Below are positions 25,875 to 37,744 of a stretch of 64,000 nt of DNA, one piece after another. A model generated the notes under the pieces. That model ran no database searches. It saw only the letters and a list, made by a program, of their open reading frames with translations, and was not told the origin of the DNA. Positions within the stretch are counted from its first letter, which is position 1; every line of letters begins with the position of its first letter. Source of the DNA: Squalus acanthias. Its lineage: Eukaryota. The position numbers and the translations under genes were made by a program. The DNA lies in the NCBI GenBank assembly GCA_030390025.1, contig CM059432.1, positions 21,826,001 through 21,890,000 on the forward strand, in the 5' to 3' direction.

Positions 25875-26614
25875 GGCCCAAAAATTTGTGTTGATACGCG
25901 AGAGTACGCACTGCGTACTCTCGCGTATTCTGTCTCCAATTGCCGGTTTTCTGCATGCACTGCGCATGCGCTGAAAACCGGCACTTGGTGAATGGAAAAG
26001 GGGGCGGTTCCTAAGTGAACCGCGTGCGCGCTACAGGCTGCGCGCATGCAGTGCACTTAGTGGTTTCAACGCGCAGGTAAGTATGGAAGATTTTACACAT
26101 AAAAAAAGGAGGAGTAAGACCCACTTTTAACAAGGTAAGTAGTGAATTAAGTATTATTTTGAATTTTTTTTAACAGGTATATCTTTTTTAGAGAATTTAA
26201 AGACAGGTAAGTTTATTTTTATAACTTTTTAAAAGATTTAAAAAATTTCAAAAATTTAATTTTTTATTTAAAATGGTTAATTTATTTAACTATACTTATT
26301 TTATTAATGTGATTTTTTTTTTTAATTCAATTGAGGTTTAGCTGTTCTTTTGGGGGGTTATAGTATTCATAGCTTTCACAGCACTTATGTGAAAGTTATG
26401 AATGGAAGATGGTGTGCTGCCATTGGCTCTAACTGAGTCACGTGATCCCACAGCTCGCACGAATTAACTGCGCCTGTGGGATACGCAAGCCCAGCACAGC
26501 AGCTGTCCAGAACATCAAGTACGTGCGAGCTGGAACTGAAAAAGCCAACGCGCAGTGAGAGATCGCGGGGAAGCCTTACCCTCGCACGAAGGCTTCCTCA
26601 CGAATTTTTGGGCC
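25875..26614 (+). mobile_element. MITE family A, copy 2
   Basis: TIRs ggcccaaaaatt / aatttttgggcc; TSD aat; collinear with 4450-5193. Confidence 0.9.
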
Positions 26615-27069
26615 AATAACTCTGAAAGTTATTTTATTTCCCTTTGCATCTTCACTTTGTTCTGTCCACAGTATAAGAGTTGTCAATGGCTCTGGTTGAA
26701 CATAGAGGCCTAGAAATTGATCCGCGCTGCGCCTGTTTTTTGTGTGCGACTGGGACTGCTAAGGACCCAATATGGTGGGCAGGAAGTGAGCGCGCATTCC
26801 TGGTCAGAAGTGCGCCGCCCGTTGTATTGGGTAAGAACAGGGTTTAAATTGCACCTATGTTTGTTACTAACATTGTCAAACAAAGGAATAGAGGCACAGA
26901 AATTGGAACGTGCCGTGCCCGTTTATCGAGCATAAAACAGGCGCTGAAGGGTCTAAGATAAAATGCACTCACTCAGTCTGGGAGAATGCCACATGCCCAA
27001 TTCATTAGGGTGCCCAGGAGGCATCCAGGGCGTCTGCCTGAAACTAACGATAGGCCCATTGCCTGTGCA

Positions 27070-27422
27070 GGGGTCTAACCAGAATAGATAGAGAGAAACT
27101 GTTCCCATTGGCGGAAGGGTCGAGAACCAGAGGACACAGATTTAAGGCGATTGGCAAAAGAGCCAAAGGCGACATGAGGAAAAACTTTTTTACGTAGCGA
27201 ATGGTTAGGATCTAGAATGCAGTGCCTGAAAGGGTAGTGGAGGCAGACTCAGTCGTGGCTTTCCAAAGGGAATTGGATAAGTACCTGAAGGAAAAAAAAT
27301 TGCAGGGCTACGGGGAAAGGGCGGGGGAGTGGGACTAGCTGAAGTGCTCTTGCAGAGAGCCAGCACGGGCTCGATGGGCCGAATGGCCTCCTTCTGTGCT
27401 GTAACCATTCTATGATTCTATG
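27070..27422 (+). mobile_element. CR1 3' fragment
   Basis: agaaccagaggacacagatttaagg...attctatgattctatg. Confidence 0.85.
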
Positions 27423-27607
27423 AAATAGAGGGCCTAATGCCTGCTTCAGGCCCCTTTAGGAAATTGGATCGCGACTGACTGCAGCATACACAGTTTTCTT
27501 GGGCCTAAAGCAGCCAAACCAGGTTATTTAAAGCGACTGCTGGAGGCTGCCACCAAAAAGTTTACGTAAAAAAAAAATTGTACCCACCTGAACAGTGCTC
27601 CTCCAGG

Positions 27608-29214
27608 ATAACAACAGAAAACGCTGTAAAAACTCAGCAGGCCAGGCAGCATCCGTGGAGAGAGAAACAGAGTTAACGTTTCAGGTCGAAGACCTTTCTT
27701 CAGAACTGGAAAAAAGCAGGAAATGAAATAGATTTAAAGCAAGGATAAAGCTGGGAAAAGGGGGAGGGGATGAAAGAACAAAAGGAGAGATTAAGAGACA
27801 TTGAGAGACATTAAGAGATAATCAAGGCAAGAGGAGGTGTTAATCTGACAGGTTGAGGCTAAAAGAAGTGTGAAATGCACTGGCAGAATGAAGGACAGCT
27901 GCCAGCTTCTGGGAGGGAAAAAAAAAGGGGGGGGGCCAAACAAAAGGGTGGATGAAAAAATAAAATATAAATGTGATGGGGGCTGAGGTTATGATCTAAA
28001 ATTTATGAACTCGATATTGATCCAGAGGGCTGTAGGGTGCCTAATCGAAAGATGAGGTGCTGTTCCTCGAGCTTACACTGAGCTTCCGTGGAACAGTGTA
28101 ATAGGCCGAGGACGGTGAGGTCAGAGTGGGAGTGGAGCGGAGAATTAAAGTGACAGGCCACCGGGAGCTCAGGGTCCCCCTTACGGACTGAACGGAGGTG
28201 TTCCGCAAAGCGGTCACCCAATCTGCGTTTGGTCTCCCCAATGTAGAGGAGACCACATTGTGAGCAGCGAATACAGTATACTAAATTGCAAGAAGTACAA
28301 GTAAATCGCTGTTTCACCTGGAAGGGGTGTTTGAGGCCCTGGACAGTGGGAAGAGGGGAGGTATAAGGGCATGTGTTGCATCTCCTGCGCTTGCACGGGA
28401 AGGTGCCGGGCGAAGGGGAAGGGGTGCTGGGGGTGGTAGAGGAGTGGACTAGGGTGTCACGGAGGGAATGGTCCCTGCGGAATGCTGAAAGGGAGGTGAG
28501 GGGAAGATGCGTTTGGTGGTGGGATCATGCTGGAGGTGGCGGAAATGGCGGAGGATGATCCGTTGAATGTGAAAGGCTGGTGGGGTGAAAGGTGAGGACA
28601 AGGGGAACTCTATCGTGGTTCCGGGAGGGAGGGGCAGGGGTGAGGGCAGAAGTGTGGGAGATAGAACGGACATGGTCGAGGGCCGTGTCGACCACAGTAG
28701 AGGGGAATCCTCGGTTGAGGAAAAAGGAAGACATGTTGGAAGCACTGGTATGGAAGGTGGCATCGTCAGAGCAGATGCGGCGGAGACGGAGAAACTGGGA
28801 GAATGGAATAGAGTCCTTACAGGAGGCGGGGTGGGAGGAAGTGTAGTCCAGGTAGCTGTGGGAGTCAGTGGGCTTGTAGTGAATGTTAGTCAATAACCTA
28901 TCCCCAGAGATGGAGACGGAGAAGTCGAGGAAGGGAAGGGAAGAGTCGGAGATGGACCATGTGAAGGTGAGGGAAGGGTGGAAATTGGAAGCATAGTGAA
29001 TGAAATGTTCTAGTTCAGGGCGAGAGCAGGAGACGGCACCGATACAGTCATCAATGTACCGGAAGAAGAGGTGAGGGAGGGGACCCGAGTAGGACTGGAA
29101 CAAAGAGTGTTCCACATATCCCACGAAAAGGCAGGCATAGGTAGGACCCATGCGGGTACCCATAGCAACACCTTTGATTTGGAGGAAATGGGTGGAGTCA
29201 AAGGAGAAGTTGTT
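27608..29214 (-). mobile_element. 5'-truncated Penelope-like retroelement (RT plus GIY-YIG endonuclease), Neptune-like
   Basis: RT motifs GVAMGTRMGP, RYIDD, LPFLD, HYKPTD; Cys linker PCKRRRCNTC; endonuclease NLVYCIRC..CGLLYIGETKRRLGDRFAEH; at least two frameshifts; 15-bp TSD cagtgctcctccagg at 27593-27607 and 29215-29229. Confidence 0.95.
27671..27707 (-). ncRNA. Minimal hammerhead ribozyme motif in the PLE 3' region (family A)
   Basis: AGUU CUGAAGA A AGGUC-uuc-GACCU GAAA CGUU AACU: intact core, stems I and II, palindromic AACGUU; same strand as the RT. Confidence 0.85.
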
Positions 29215-30703
29215 CAGTGCTCCTCCAGGCTCCACATTAAAACTGCGGATTGCTACTGGGCACACTTGCCCACTCCCGATCTCCCCCCCCCACCCGCCCC
29301 CAGGACTTATCGTAGGTACCTAAACAGAAGGAAGTATCGGATACCTGTTGAAGATTTATTTTAATTCTCGGCAACAGAGGACCTGGAAATTGAAAAAAGA
29401 GTGTGACATTGATAACTTTATGTCTGGTCAGAAGGACTCTGGGAAGAATGAATCCATGCTCCCTGACAGATGAGGGATAGATCCTAATGTCTGCCTTTAT
29501 CTGTATGAAAATTAATCATCATTCGCATAACTATTGACCTCACAGACAACTTGAATTATCCCTATGATAGTCTTATGTTGACTGACAATGGTATAATTTT
29601 GTTTCTCTATGATGGACTATTTGCTGTTAATGATTAAATCAAATTGGGACAGATCATTGGGCCTTTATATCTGACTCTGTGCTGTGACTCACCCTGTGAT
29701 AATGCTTTTTTGTAGCAGCTATACACCAGCGAGCTCTTCTGAAATGCTTGCTGTGGTTCGTAAATTGCGGAGCTGTCAGGTTGTTCCTGTAGATGAATAG
29801 CGCAAGAGTGGTAAACTTTTGTGTTTGAAAAGCAGCACCTCACGATTGTTCTGTTCAACAAGAAGATACAGCACTTGGACAATAGGAAGGATAAAACATT
29901 AAGTCAGGCAGTGACGTGTAGCACTTTGTATTTCCAAACTATCAGTCCTCATATGGAGAGCCTTTGTGATGTTAAATCGTGGATGCTGTCTTGAAAAGCT
30001 GGTGAATAATTCAAAGGTATAACAGAGGAGAAAAAAAATACAGTAATTTTCTCTCTAAAGGCATCGGTATATTTCCTTCGCACAAAAGCCTTTCAGAATC
30101 CCACAAGACAATGTATGTGAAAAGCAACCACGAAGGCAAGAGTGACATAATAATTCACCTCATCACTTGATGATTTGCTAAGAAATATCTAGATGCTGTT
30201 AAACAGCAACTTATGTGCCATTCTTCAATAATTAACTTTTGAGAAAAAAATATTGGCACTCACTTTGTGGTGTTACTACACTGCATCAAATAAATATCAA
30301 AATGGATGCCAATCACTTAAAGCTCCAGTGAGTACATTCTGAAAGGCAAGAGAAATGCATTGTATTGAGAGCCTGGTCTGATTCAGTGAAGTTGAAAAGT
30401 GGCTCAGTCCAAATACGCATTGCTTTCCTCAGTTATCTTTGACATTGGATTGATATGTTATTCATTCTCACCAATATCTGTACATACTGATATTACTCAT
30501 ATTTATCTGTATTGTGCAGAAATCCCTTCAGTGACCAAGAAGATGAGATTCTGTCCATGGCAGTTCAATGTTCATGTACTGAGAAGGAATGATAGACGCC
30601 TACCTAAATAATTCTTGATGCGGAGATGCCGGCGTTGGACTGGGGTGGACAAAAATGAGAAGTCGCACAACACCAGGTTATAGTCCAACAGATTTATTTA
30701 AAA

Positions 30704-30741
30704 TGACAAGCTTTCGGAGCTGTCGCCCCTTCCTCAGGTAA
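30704..30741 (-). ncRNA. Minimal hammerhead ribozyme motif (family B)
   Basis: UUAC CUGAGGA A GGGGC-gaca-GCUCC GAAA GCUU GUCA; one mismatch in stem I. Confidence 0.75.
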
Positions 30742-31148
30742 GTTACAATGAGTGAATCTACAATATTTCACAGTATTTAAACACAGAAACTGCAGAGATA
30801 CAATCTTTCAGGGAAGGTGTCCTTACATCAAAGACACACCAAGAGCACAGCCAAGACAATGAGATGTGTCACAGGGGGTCCAAGGTGTCAAATCCTGCTG
30901 TCTGAAGTTTTTTTTTTGTGTTTTTTTTGTGTTTGTTTTTTTTAAAAAAAAACAAACACCAAAAATAAACACCAAAAAAAAACTGCAGACAGCAGGATTT
31001 GACACCTTGGACCCCCTGTGACACATCTCATTGTCTTGGCTGTGCTCTTGGTGTGTCTTTGATGTAAGGACACCTTCCCTGAAAGATTGTATCTCTGCAG
31101 TTTCTGTGTTTAAATACTGTGAAATATTGTAGATTCACTCATTGTAAC

Positions 31149-31186
31149 TTACCTGAGGAAGGGGCGACAGCTCCGAAAGCTTGTCA
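31149..31186 (+). ncRNA. Minimal hammerhead ribozyme motif (family B, mirror copy)
   Basis: ttac ctgagga aggggcgacagctcc gaaa gctt gtca, followed by aataaa. Confidence 0.75.
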
Positions 31187-32054
31187 TTTTAAATAAATCT
31201 GTTGGACTATAACCTGGTGTTGTGCGACTTCTCATAAATAATTCTTGGTCTGGAAAGCACGAGGAAGGTCTTGAATAATCTTGAAAGATAGTAAACAAGT
31301 GTGATCTCAAAACAGATGAAATGCCACAGAATAGAAATGTTACCGTCCTAAGAGGTTTTGGAGGGAGTAATATTAAAAAACACATAGAAATTCTAGCGCG
31401 CTATTTTGTATTTAAAAAGTGCTTTTAGCTACAAGAGGTGAAAGTGAGTTAATATAATGCTAATTCCTCCACACGCATTATCCCCACCTTACAGTGTATG
31501 TCTGAGTCGTTTAGCCTTGTTTTTTCTATGATCAGTCATCATGGTGTGAATCATAGCTAACTCACTGCAAATATTTGGAATGTGTTTCTTTTTCGAACTG
31601 TAAACTGAGGTGAGTTATTAATGTGACTCAATCACTCTACACAGCTCCCAATCACAAGAAATACCCTTACATGTAGTGGCACTGAGCTCAGGCTTATTAT
31701 GCAAAAGAATTGTACTGAGAAAATGGAGTATCAGGTGAAAGATGTTAAGAAAAACAATGTATGGCAAAATAACTTTCAGCAAAAGGCAGTTATGTGTATA
31801 AATGTTTCAGTGAAATGTACCAACAACTGAAGAGCTAAAGATAAAGTAATGATAATGTTTCACCTTGGGTTAGGAGATTGCTGTAGGAATGCAGACTGGA
31901 TTCAAAACTAGCTTCATACAGATAAATCTCTATCTGCCACTCAGATCTCCCAACTATTGCTTATAATGTTATTTAAATTAGTAATTGAGGCAGCAGCAAG
32001 GTTTTTTGATGTTTGCTACAACATACCTTCCTCCCATTGTAATAATAATGATTA

Positions 32055-32400
32055 AAAATGGTAGTTTGCCCCAACGACTCATATAGGCACTGCCAGTGTA
32101 GCATTGACCCACATACACCAGAAAGTCCCGCCTGTGCTGAGTAAACCGATCATAACTGGGATGCTCAGCAGTTGGACCACTATAATTGGTTTCAATGCCA
32201 CTGGGTTAGGAACAGGGGGAGGGGATAAATCGACCCTACTCCCTCTCCCGACCACCACTGAGTGACTCCTCCTGGAATCAGCACCAAAGCAAATATTGGC
32301 GAGAACAGGATTATGCTTGGCTGTAATACCAGCAGCAGTTAAATTTAAATAATAGGGTAAATTCACTGATCCTTTGCTTCCAGTGGGGAGCCGTGCTATG
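32055..32400 (+). repeat. Old SINE-like interspersed repeat
   Basis: ctgtgctgagt...ctataattggtttcaatgccactgggttagg resembles 40195-40280 and 54835-54885. Confidence 0.5.
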
Positions 32401-33570
32401 AAGGATACCCAATTGCTGATAGGGCTACAAATAGTGCCAATTCTCTAACCAGTGTTCCCTTCGAGCATGGCTTCCCAGTGAGAGCTGGAGATCAGTGAAG
32501 TTACCCAAGCCAGTAAATTCTGCTTTGTGCAGATATGGAATGGAATAGTTCTGTAAAATTGTATTTCATTAAAGCTAATTTATGGACAGAACAATGCAAA
32601 CTAATTTGTTAGTAGATACATTACTTAATCTTGAAATTGACATTAATGCATGTTAAAAAAATGCTAGAACAAACTCAACAGTTACTTCACCATTCTGTGG
32701 GATTAATGGTTTATCTCACAAATCTGTCCACTCGTGGTCATAATGAACATTCCCGCTTTAATTGGCTCTCTGGCCTCTATTGCAGGATAACGCATGCTGG
32801 AAGGTATGTTATAACAGATTTGATAGAATCACAGAGATTCACAGCACAGAAGGAGGCCATTGCATCTGTGCTAGCTCTCAGGCTCTCACTCTTTTTTGAA
32901 AACGTGGCCCACATCAGCTGTTTCCAATTTATTGGAAGCTCCAGGGTGTTTACTGACTCCCTTATTTCTTGTCTATTCTAGTACTTGAGGGTTAAGTAGC
33001 ATCCCTCTCTGGGGGATTAGCCTGTATAGCGATAGGGTTTATTTATGTTAAAGTTCTTCATTTTGCATGCTTTATCGCTAGTTAGGGAGGGCATGTAAAT
33101 CATCTAGATCACCAATGCAAGAGGCTGTGATGATCCTCGGGCATTCATAGAATTATAGCGATAGGTTTTCATTTTTGGCATCTGGGTGGAAACATTGCCT
33201 TCCCGGGTGAATACTTGGAAGAAGTAATTCACTGTCCGCACAAAAGCACTGTTCACTTAGGCAAGTTAATGAAAGAATGGGTATGTAACCCCAGCATGTG
33301 TCCGTGCCTCCAGCACAAGCGGATGATTGGGGAAAAAAGGGCTATTAAAAAGTAATTTCATTGCTGCCGTGGGGTAACGGTTTAGATACATGCTTCGCAG
33401 CAATATGGTTAGCAAGTAATGCTAGGAGGACGTCTGACTATGTCAGTGGAGCAGATTATTTATAATGGGAGAGGTCCATCAAACTGTCAACACTTGACAA
33501 TAACACTGACGGTATGTGAAATCAATGAAGTTAAAGCTTCCAAAGAGAGAATTCGATAAAGGGATTCATT

Positions 33571-34361
33571 GGGAGGAATTTTAAGTCCCAAGGATGGACA
33601 GGGAGGTGGGGGGAGGTTAAAAATAGAAAGATGGCAAACCTGACCCCAACCCGCCTCCAACGCGCCCACTTCCGGTTTTAGTGGAGGTGGGTGAGGGGAC
33701 GGGCGACTAACCTGCTCTCCGGAGGCGGGTCCATCCTTAATATATTTTAATGAGGCGGCTTGCCTCGAATTTAACCACAGTTTTACTTTAAACTCCTGGG
33801 AGCCTGTTTTTCCAGGCCCCGGGAAACCTGACAGGTGAGTTGAGGCAAGAATGGCTGGATGGAACAGGTAAGTGCCTTTCCAGCACTGCTTGTGAGCTAG
33901 GAGGTGCAGGAGTGCGTCCCCCCGACTCTCCAAGCTACCCTGTAACCACCCTACGACCCGACCCCCTTGATTGGCTGACCCCCCCCCCACCCCCCATGGT
34001 CGGACCCCAAATGTTCGAACCCCCCCTGATTCGACCCCCAATGTCCAACCTCCGACGTCCGACTCACCAACCGACTGCCGATTTCCAACTCCCCCCTCCC
34101 AACCTCCGATGTCCAACTCCCCTCCCTCACCCAACCCCCATGTCAGGCTCACCTCCGCTCCAGTTCCTGGCTGCCTACCCACCCGACAGCCAGCCAGCCT
34201 TTCAATCTGGCGAGCTGCAGGCTGAGAAACCGATTTGAAAAATTTTAATCAGGTCCTGCTGTTAAACTCAACAGGGCTTCTGGGAATCCCATACTTCTGG
34301 GTTTCCTGGCCGCAAAGTCTCTTCTCCGCTCCAATCCGGACTTGCAGTTTTAATTGGGGCC
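33571..34361. mobile_element. Non-autonomous DNA element with C-rich repetitive core
   Basis: Ends gggaggaatttt / taattggggcc; TSD att; inverted homologue at 36604-37359. Confidence 0.75.
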
Positions 34362-34573
34362 ATTATCTGTCAGTTGTAGCTAAGTAATTTACGTTGAAAA
34401 TTTGCATTAAATCTCAGTGCATTAGCGCTTGGATCTATTGGACACCCTCCCCTACTTCTAATGAATTTGGCCTGTTCTCAACTACATTATTTAAGTATTG
34501 GAAAGTCTTGACTGCGTGAAGGTATTGCTGATGGAGGCCACCTTGTTCCTACAGCAGTGTATCTCTTCCCCAC

Positions 34574-34790
34574 GATGTGGAGATGCCGGTGTTGGACTGG
34601 GGTGGACAAAAGTGGGAAGTCGCACAACACCAGGTTATAGTCCAACAGCTTTATTTGAAATCACAAGCTTTCGGAGTGCTGCTCCTTCGTCAGGTGAAGT
34701 CACTTCACCTGACGAAGGACCAGCGCTCCAAAAGCTTGTGATTTCAAATAAAGCTGTTGGACTATAACCTGGTGTTGTGCGACTTCTCAC
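34574..34790. mobile_element. Fold-back PLE terminal-repeat insertion (family B)
   Basis: 38-bp tail, 89-bp arms 34612-34700 and 34702-34790, 1-nt loop; TSD tctcttc(c/t)ccac at 34562-34573 and 34791-34802. Confidence 0.9.
34661..34697 (-). ncRNA. Minimal hammerhead ribozyme motif (family B)
   Basis: UCAC CUGACGA A GGAG-cagca-CUCC GAAA GCUU GUGA is intact; the mirror copy at 34705-34741 has GAAA changed to AAAA. Confidence 0.85.
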
Positions 34791-34883
34791 TCTCTTCTCC
34801 ACAACAGTGATAAGAAGCTCTTAGAGTAATCACTTCTCTTTGTGAATCCTCCCAGGATCAAGGACCCAGAGTCATGTTTCACC

Positions 34884-35075
34884 GTGGCTAAGTGGTAGCA
34901 CTTTCACCTCTGACTCATGAAGGTTGTGGGTTCAATTGCCACTCCAGAGACTTGAGCACAAAATCTAGGCTGATATTTCAGTGTTGTACTGAGAGTGCTG
35001 CACCTGTCGGAGGAGCCCTCTTCGTTGGATGTAATGGGAGATTGCTGTGAATAATTTGGCTGCCGTTTTCCTACA
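34884..35075 (+). mobile_element. Internally deleted DeuSINE-like SINE
   Basis: tRNA-like head gtggctaagtggtagcac...ggttcaatt, matching 23313-23460. Confidence 0.75.
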
Positions 35076-35531
35076 CTGGGACAGGGATACTATAGAGGAA
35101 GCAGGAGATGAGCAATCTGGAGACCTCGTCAAAACTGAGGGTACGAGGTTAATTGAAGATGCACTCAATCTTAAACTGTAAAGCACCAGCTCTACCCCGT
35201 GGGATTTATTCAGCAATTTAGAAGGGAGTGATACATTGAACACAAGAAAGCAAGAGTAGGTGGCAGTGGCACAAGAGGAAAAGCAACCAGCTGTCTGGAA
35301 GGGCAGCTCATGCCCATTCTCTGCTGAAGAGGACTCAGCTGCAAATATCAGAACCTCAGCTTTTAAAAGAAGGATGCATGGTAGATTGCTGATTGCATTG
35401 GACAATGTGCCAAATCATCTTGCAGCACATTCTAGCTATTGTAAGGGATTCCAAAAAACTCCATATGTGGGGTTCTCATGTACAGCATTGAAACTCTGCA
35501 AGCCCCCATGGAACACATGGTTATTCTGCAA

Positions 35532-35667
35532 AAGCAAAATACTGCGGATGCTGGAAATCTGGAATAAAAAAACACAAAATGCTGGAAATACTCAGCAGGT
35601 CAGGCAGCATCTGTGGAGAGAGAAACAGAGTTAACATTTCAGATCGATGATCTTTCATCATAACTGG
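35532..35667 (-). mobile_element. Family-A PLE terminal fragment with tail and mutated hammerhead (35629-35665)
   Basis: agcaaaatactgcggatgctggaaatc tail as at 16766; core reads AUGAUGA instead of CUGAUGA. Confidence 0.8.
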
Positions 35668-36603
35668 GGGTAGACCCTCTCAGGCTTGTGCTCATAGAGG
35701 TCAATGTCCATCGCCATTTGAGGAATCTCTGACTGAGAGACAGCAGCCAGCTACCTGCCATACTCCAGGCACTGGGGGAAGTACCTTGTGGAAGCAACAG
35801 ATTGGGCACGAGAGCACTGCAGTCACTAAGATGGAAAGTAATAGCAAATGACCAATGTTGGGGAATCCTCCTCTCCCTTTGCCCCAGCATCGGCAGCCGT
35901 GCCATCGGCCACCTAGCCCCATGCTCTGGAATTCCCTTCCTTAAACCCATTTGACTCTCCATCTCCTTTACCTCCTCCAGGACACTTCTTAAAACCCACC
36001 TCTGTGACCAAGGTCACCCCTCCTAATATCTTTTGGACCGGGGTCCATGTTTATGTTGCTTACTGAGGGGATAGACACACATGACATGAATGATCTTTTG
36101 GAGTCAGTTTTGTGAATCGCTTTGATACATTTTAAAGTTGTTATTGTTGTTACTGTTCAATAAAACAAGTTAGCACTTCATTTGCATTGCGTCTAGACAG
36201 TGTTCCTGTAATTGTAAATTGGAATCTGAGGTGAGAAAAGTGCTCTGTTTGGCAGCTGTGGAAAAGGTGTTGCTTGTGGTGTGGAGCGATTAGGAGGTGG
36301 TTGGTCAGACTGTTAATTGGGCTAGGAGGCTAAGGGAAGATTTTTTGAAGGACTCATAGCAAATGCAACCAGATAGCCCTGGCAGCTGGCCACTGCTGTT
36401 CCCCAACAGCCTCCATAGGATTCTTAAAGGCATGTGTGTCTAACCACTTACTGGATTGAAGGCCTGCTCCATTGCCAGCATGTGTTGTCCCCATTATACA
36501 ACAAAGTTGTGCTGCATGCAACAAATAATAGTGACGCATAATATGCTGCCTGAGCTGTAATAGAGGAAACTCTTAGACCTGTCGAGGCATTGGAATCATT
36601 CCA

Positions 36604-37359
36604 GACCCGATATTTATGGGGAGGCGGGGAGGGAGCAGCGGGAGGAGTTCTAGATGGGAAACTCGGAAATACGGGTTTCCCAGACGTCTTGCTGAAATTA
36701 ACAGCAAGGTGTGTTTTAAATCATTTCACCAGGTTTCCTGCCCAACAGCCAGCCTGATTGACAGGCTGCCTGCCAGTTGGGCGAGAAAACGTGTGGCACG
36801 AGGCTGCAGCCGGGAAGCAGAGAGGAAGAGGGAGAGATCGCGGGGAGGGGGAAATTGTGGAGGTCGGGGTTGGCGGGGGGGAGAGAGCGTGGAGGTCAGG
36901 GGGGAATCATGGTTGGGGGAGATCAGGAGGAGGAGATCATGGAGGTTGGGGGGTGGGTGGGGTGGGTGGAGGTTGGCCAGTCGCAAAGAGGGAAGCTGGT
37001 AAGCTCGTTGAACCGGGGAGGTGGGAAACACTCCTGCTCCTCCTGGCCCACAAACAGTGCTGTAAACGCACTTAACTTATGGATCCAGCCCTTCTCGCCT
37101 CCTTTTACCTGCCGGGTTTCCCGAGGCCCGGGTAAGCTGGCCGAAATGGGTAAAAGAAAAAGCTAAGATGGAAGCACCGAACCTCCTTAAAAGATTTTAC
37201 CAACAGACCCACCTTCTTGAGAGCGGATTGGTCACCTACCCCCTGACCCGCCTCCGTTAAAACCAGAAGTGGGCGAGTTGGGGTTGCGTTTGAGATTTTA
37301 AAATATTTTACTTCTCACCTGACCCAAACCCACCCATTCTTGGGGGTTAAAATTCCCCC
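36604..37359. mobile_element. Non-autonomous DNA element, inverted relative to 33571-34361
   Basis: G-rich core; right end gggggttaaaattccccc. Confidence 0.7.
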
Positions 37360-37744
37360 TCCCCCCCCGTTATTTCAAGAAAGCATAGTGTGCTCAGTGA
37401 TTCCTCTTGTAGAAGCATGGACCCTCTTTTGGCCTTCATCAGGTGTGAGTGGATGTCGCACATCTGTCATAAAGCAGGCCTGCAGTGGGTACCCTTCTTC
37501 TCAAGAAGCCAACCTTGCACTTACTGTCCAGGGTCAAACAATGGGCAATGGAGGATTGATAAAGATATTGCAGTTGCTAGGAAAGAAGACTGCATCATCC
37601 TCTGCAGACTGGCTGCATGCTGAGGCAGTGGAATTCCAGAGTATTAGTACAATATTGTCGCAAACAACATGCAGGGCAGCATATGTACAATCTGCGATGC
37701 CCTGGACTTTATCTTGCAAGATAAGGAAACCCAGGACTTTCTCC

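Larger units (their letters stand above)
26707..29310. mobile_element. Non-autonomous DNA element split by CR1 and PLE insertions
   Basis: Left end ggcctagaaatt; sequence resumes at 27423-27607 and after 29229; right end uncertain. Confidence 0.45.
30617..31235. mobile_element. Fold-back PLE terminal-repeat insertion (family B), about 580-bp palindrome
   Basis: 38-bp tail 30617-30654, arms 30655-30943 and 30944-31235 with no spacer; TSD taaataattcttg at 30605-30617 and 31235-31247. Confidence 0.9.

Noticed and set aside
33487..34238. 231-aa and Pro-rich ORFs (similar ones at 36616-37166)
   Set aside because: They lie within a repeated non-autonomous element with a low-complexity core.
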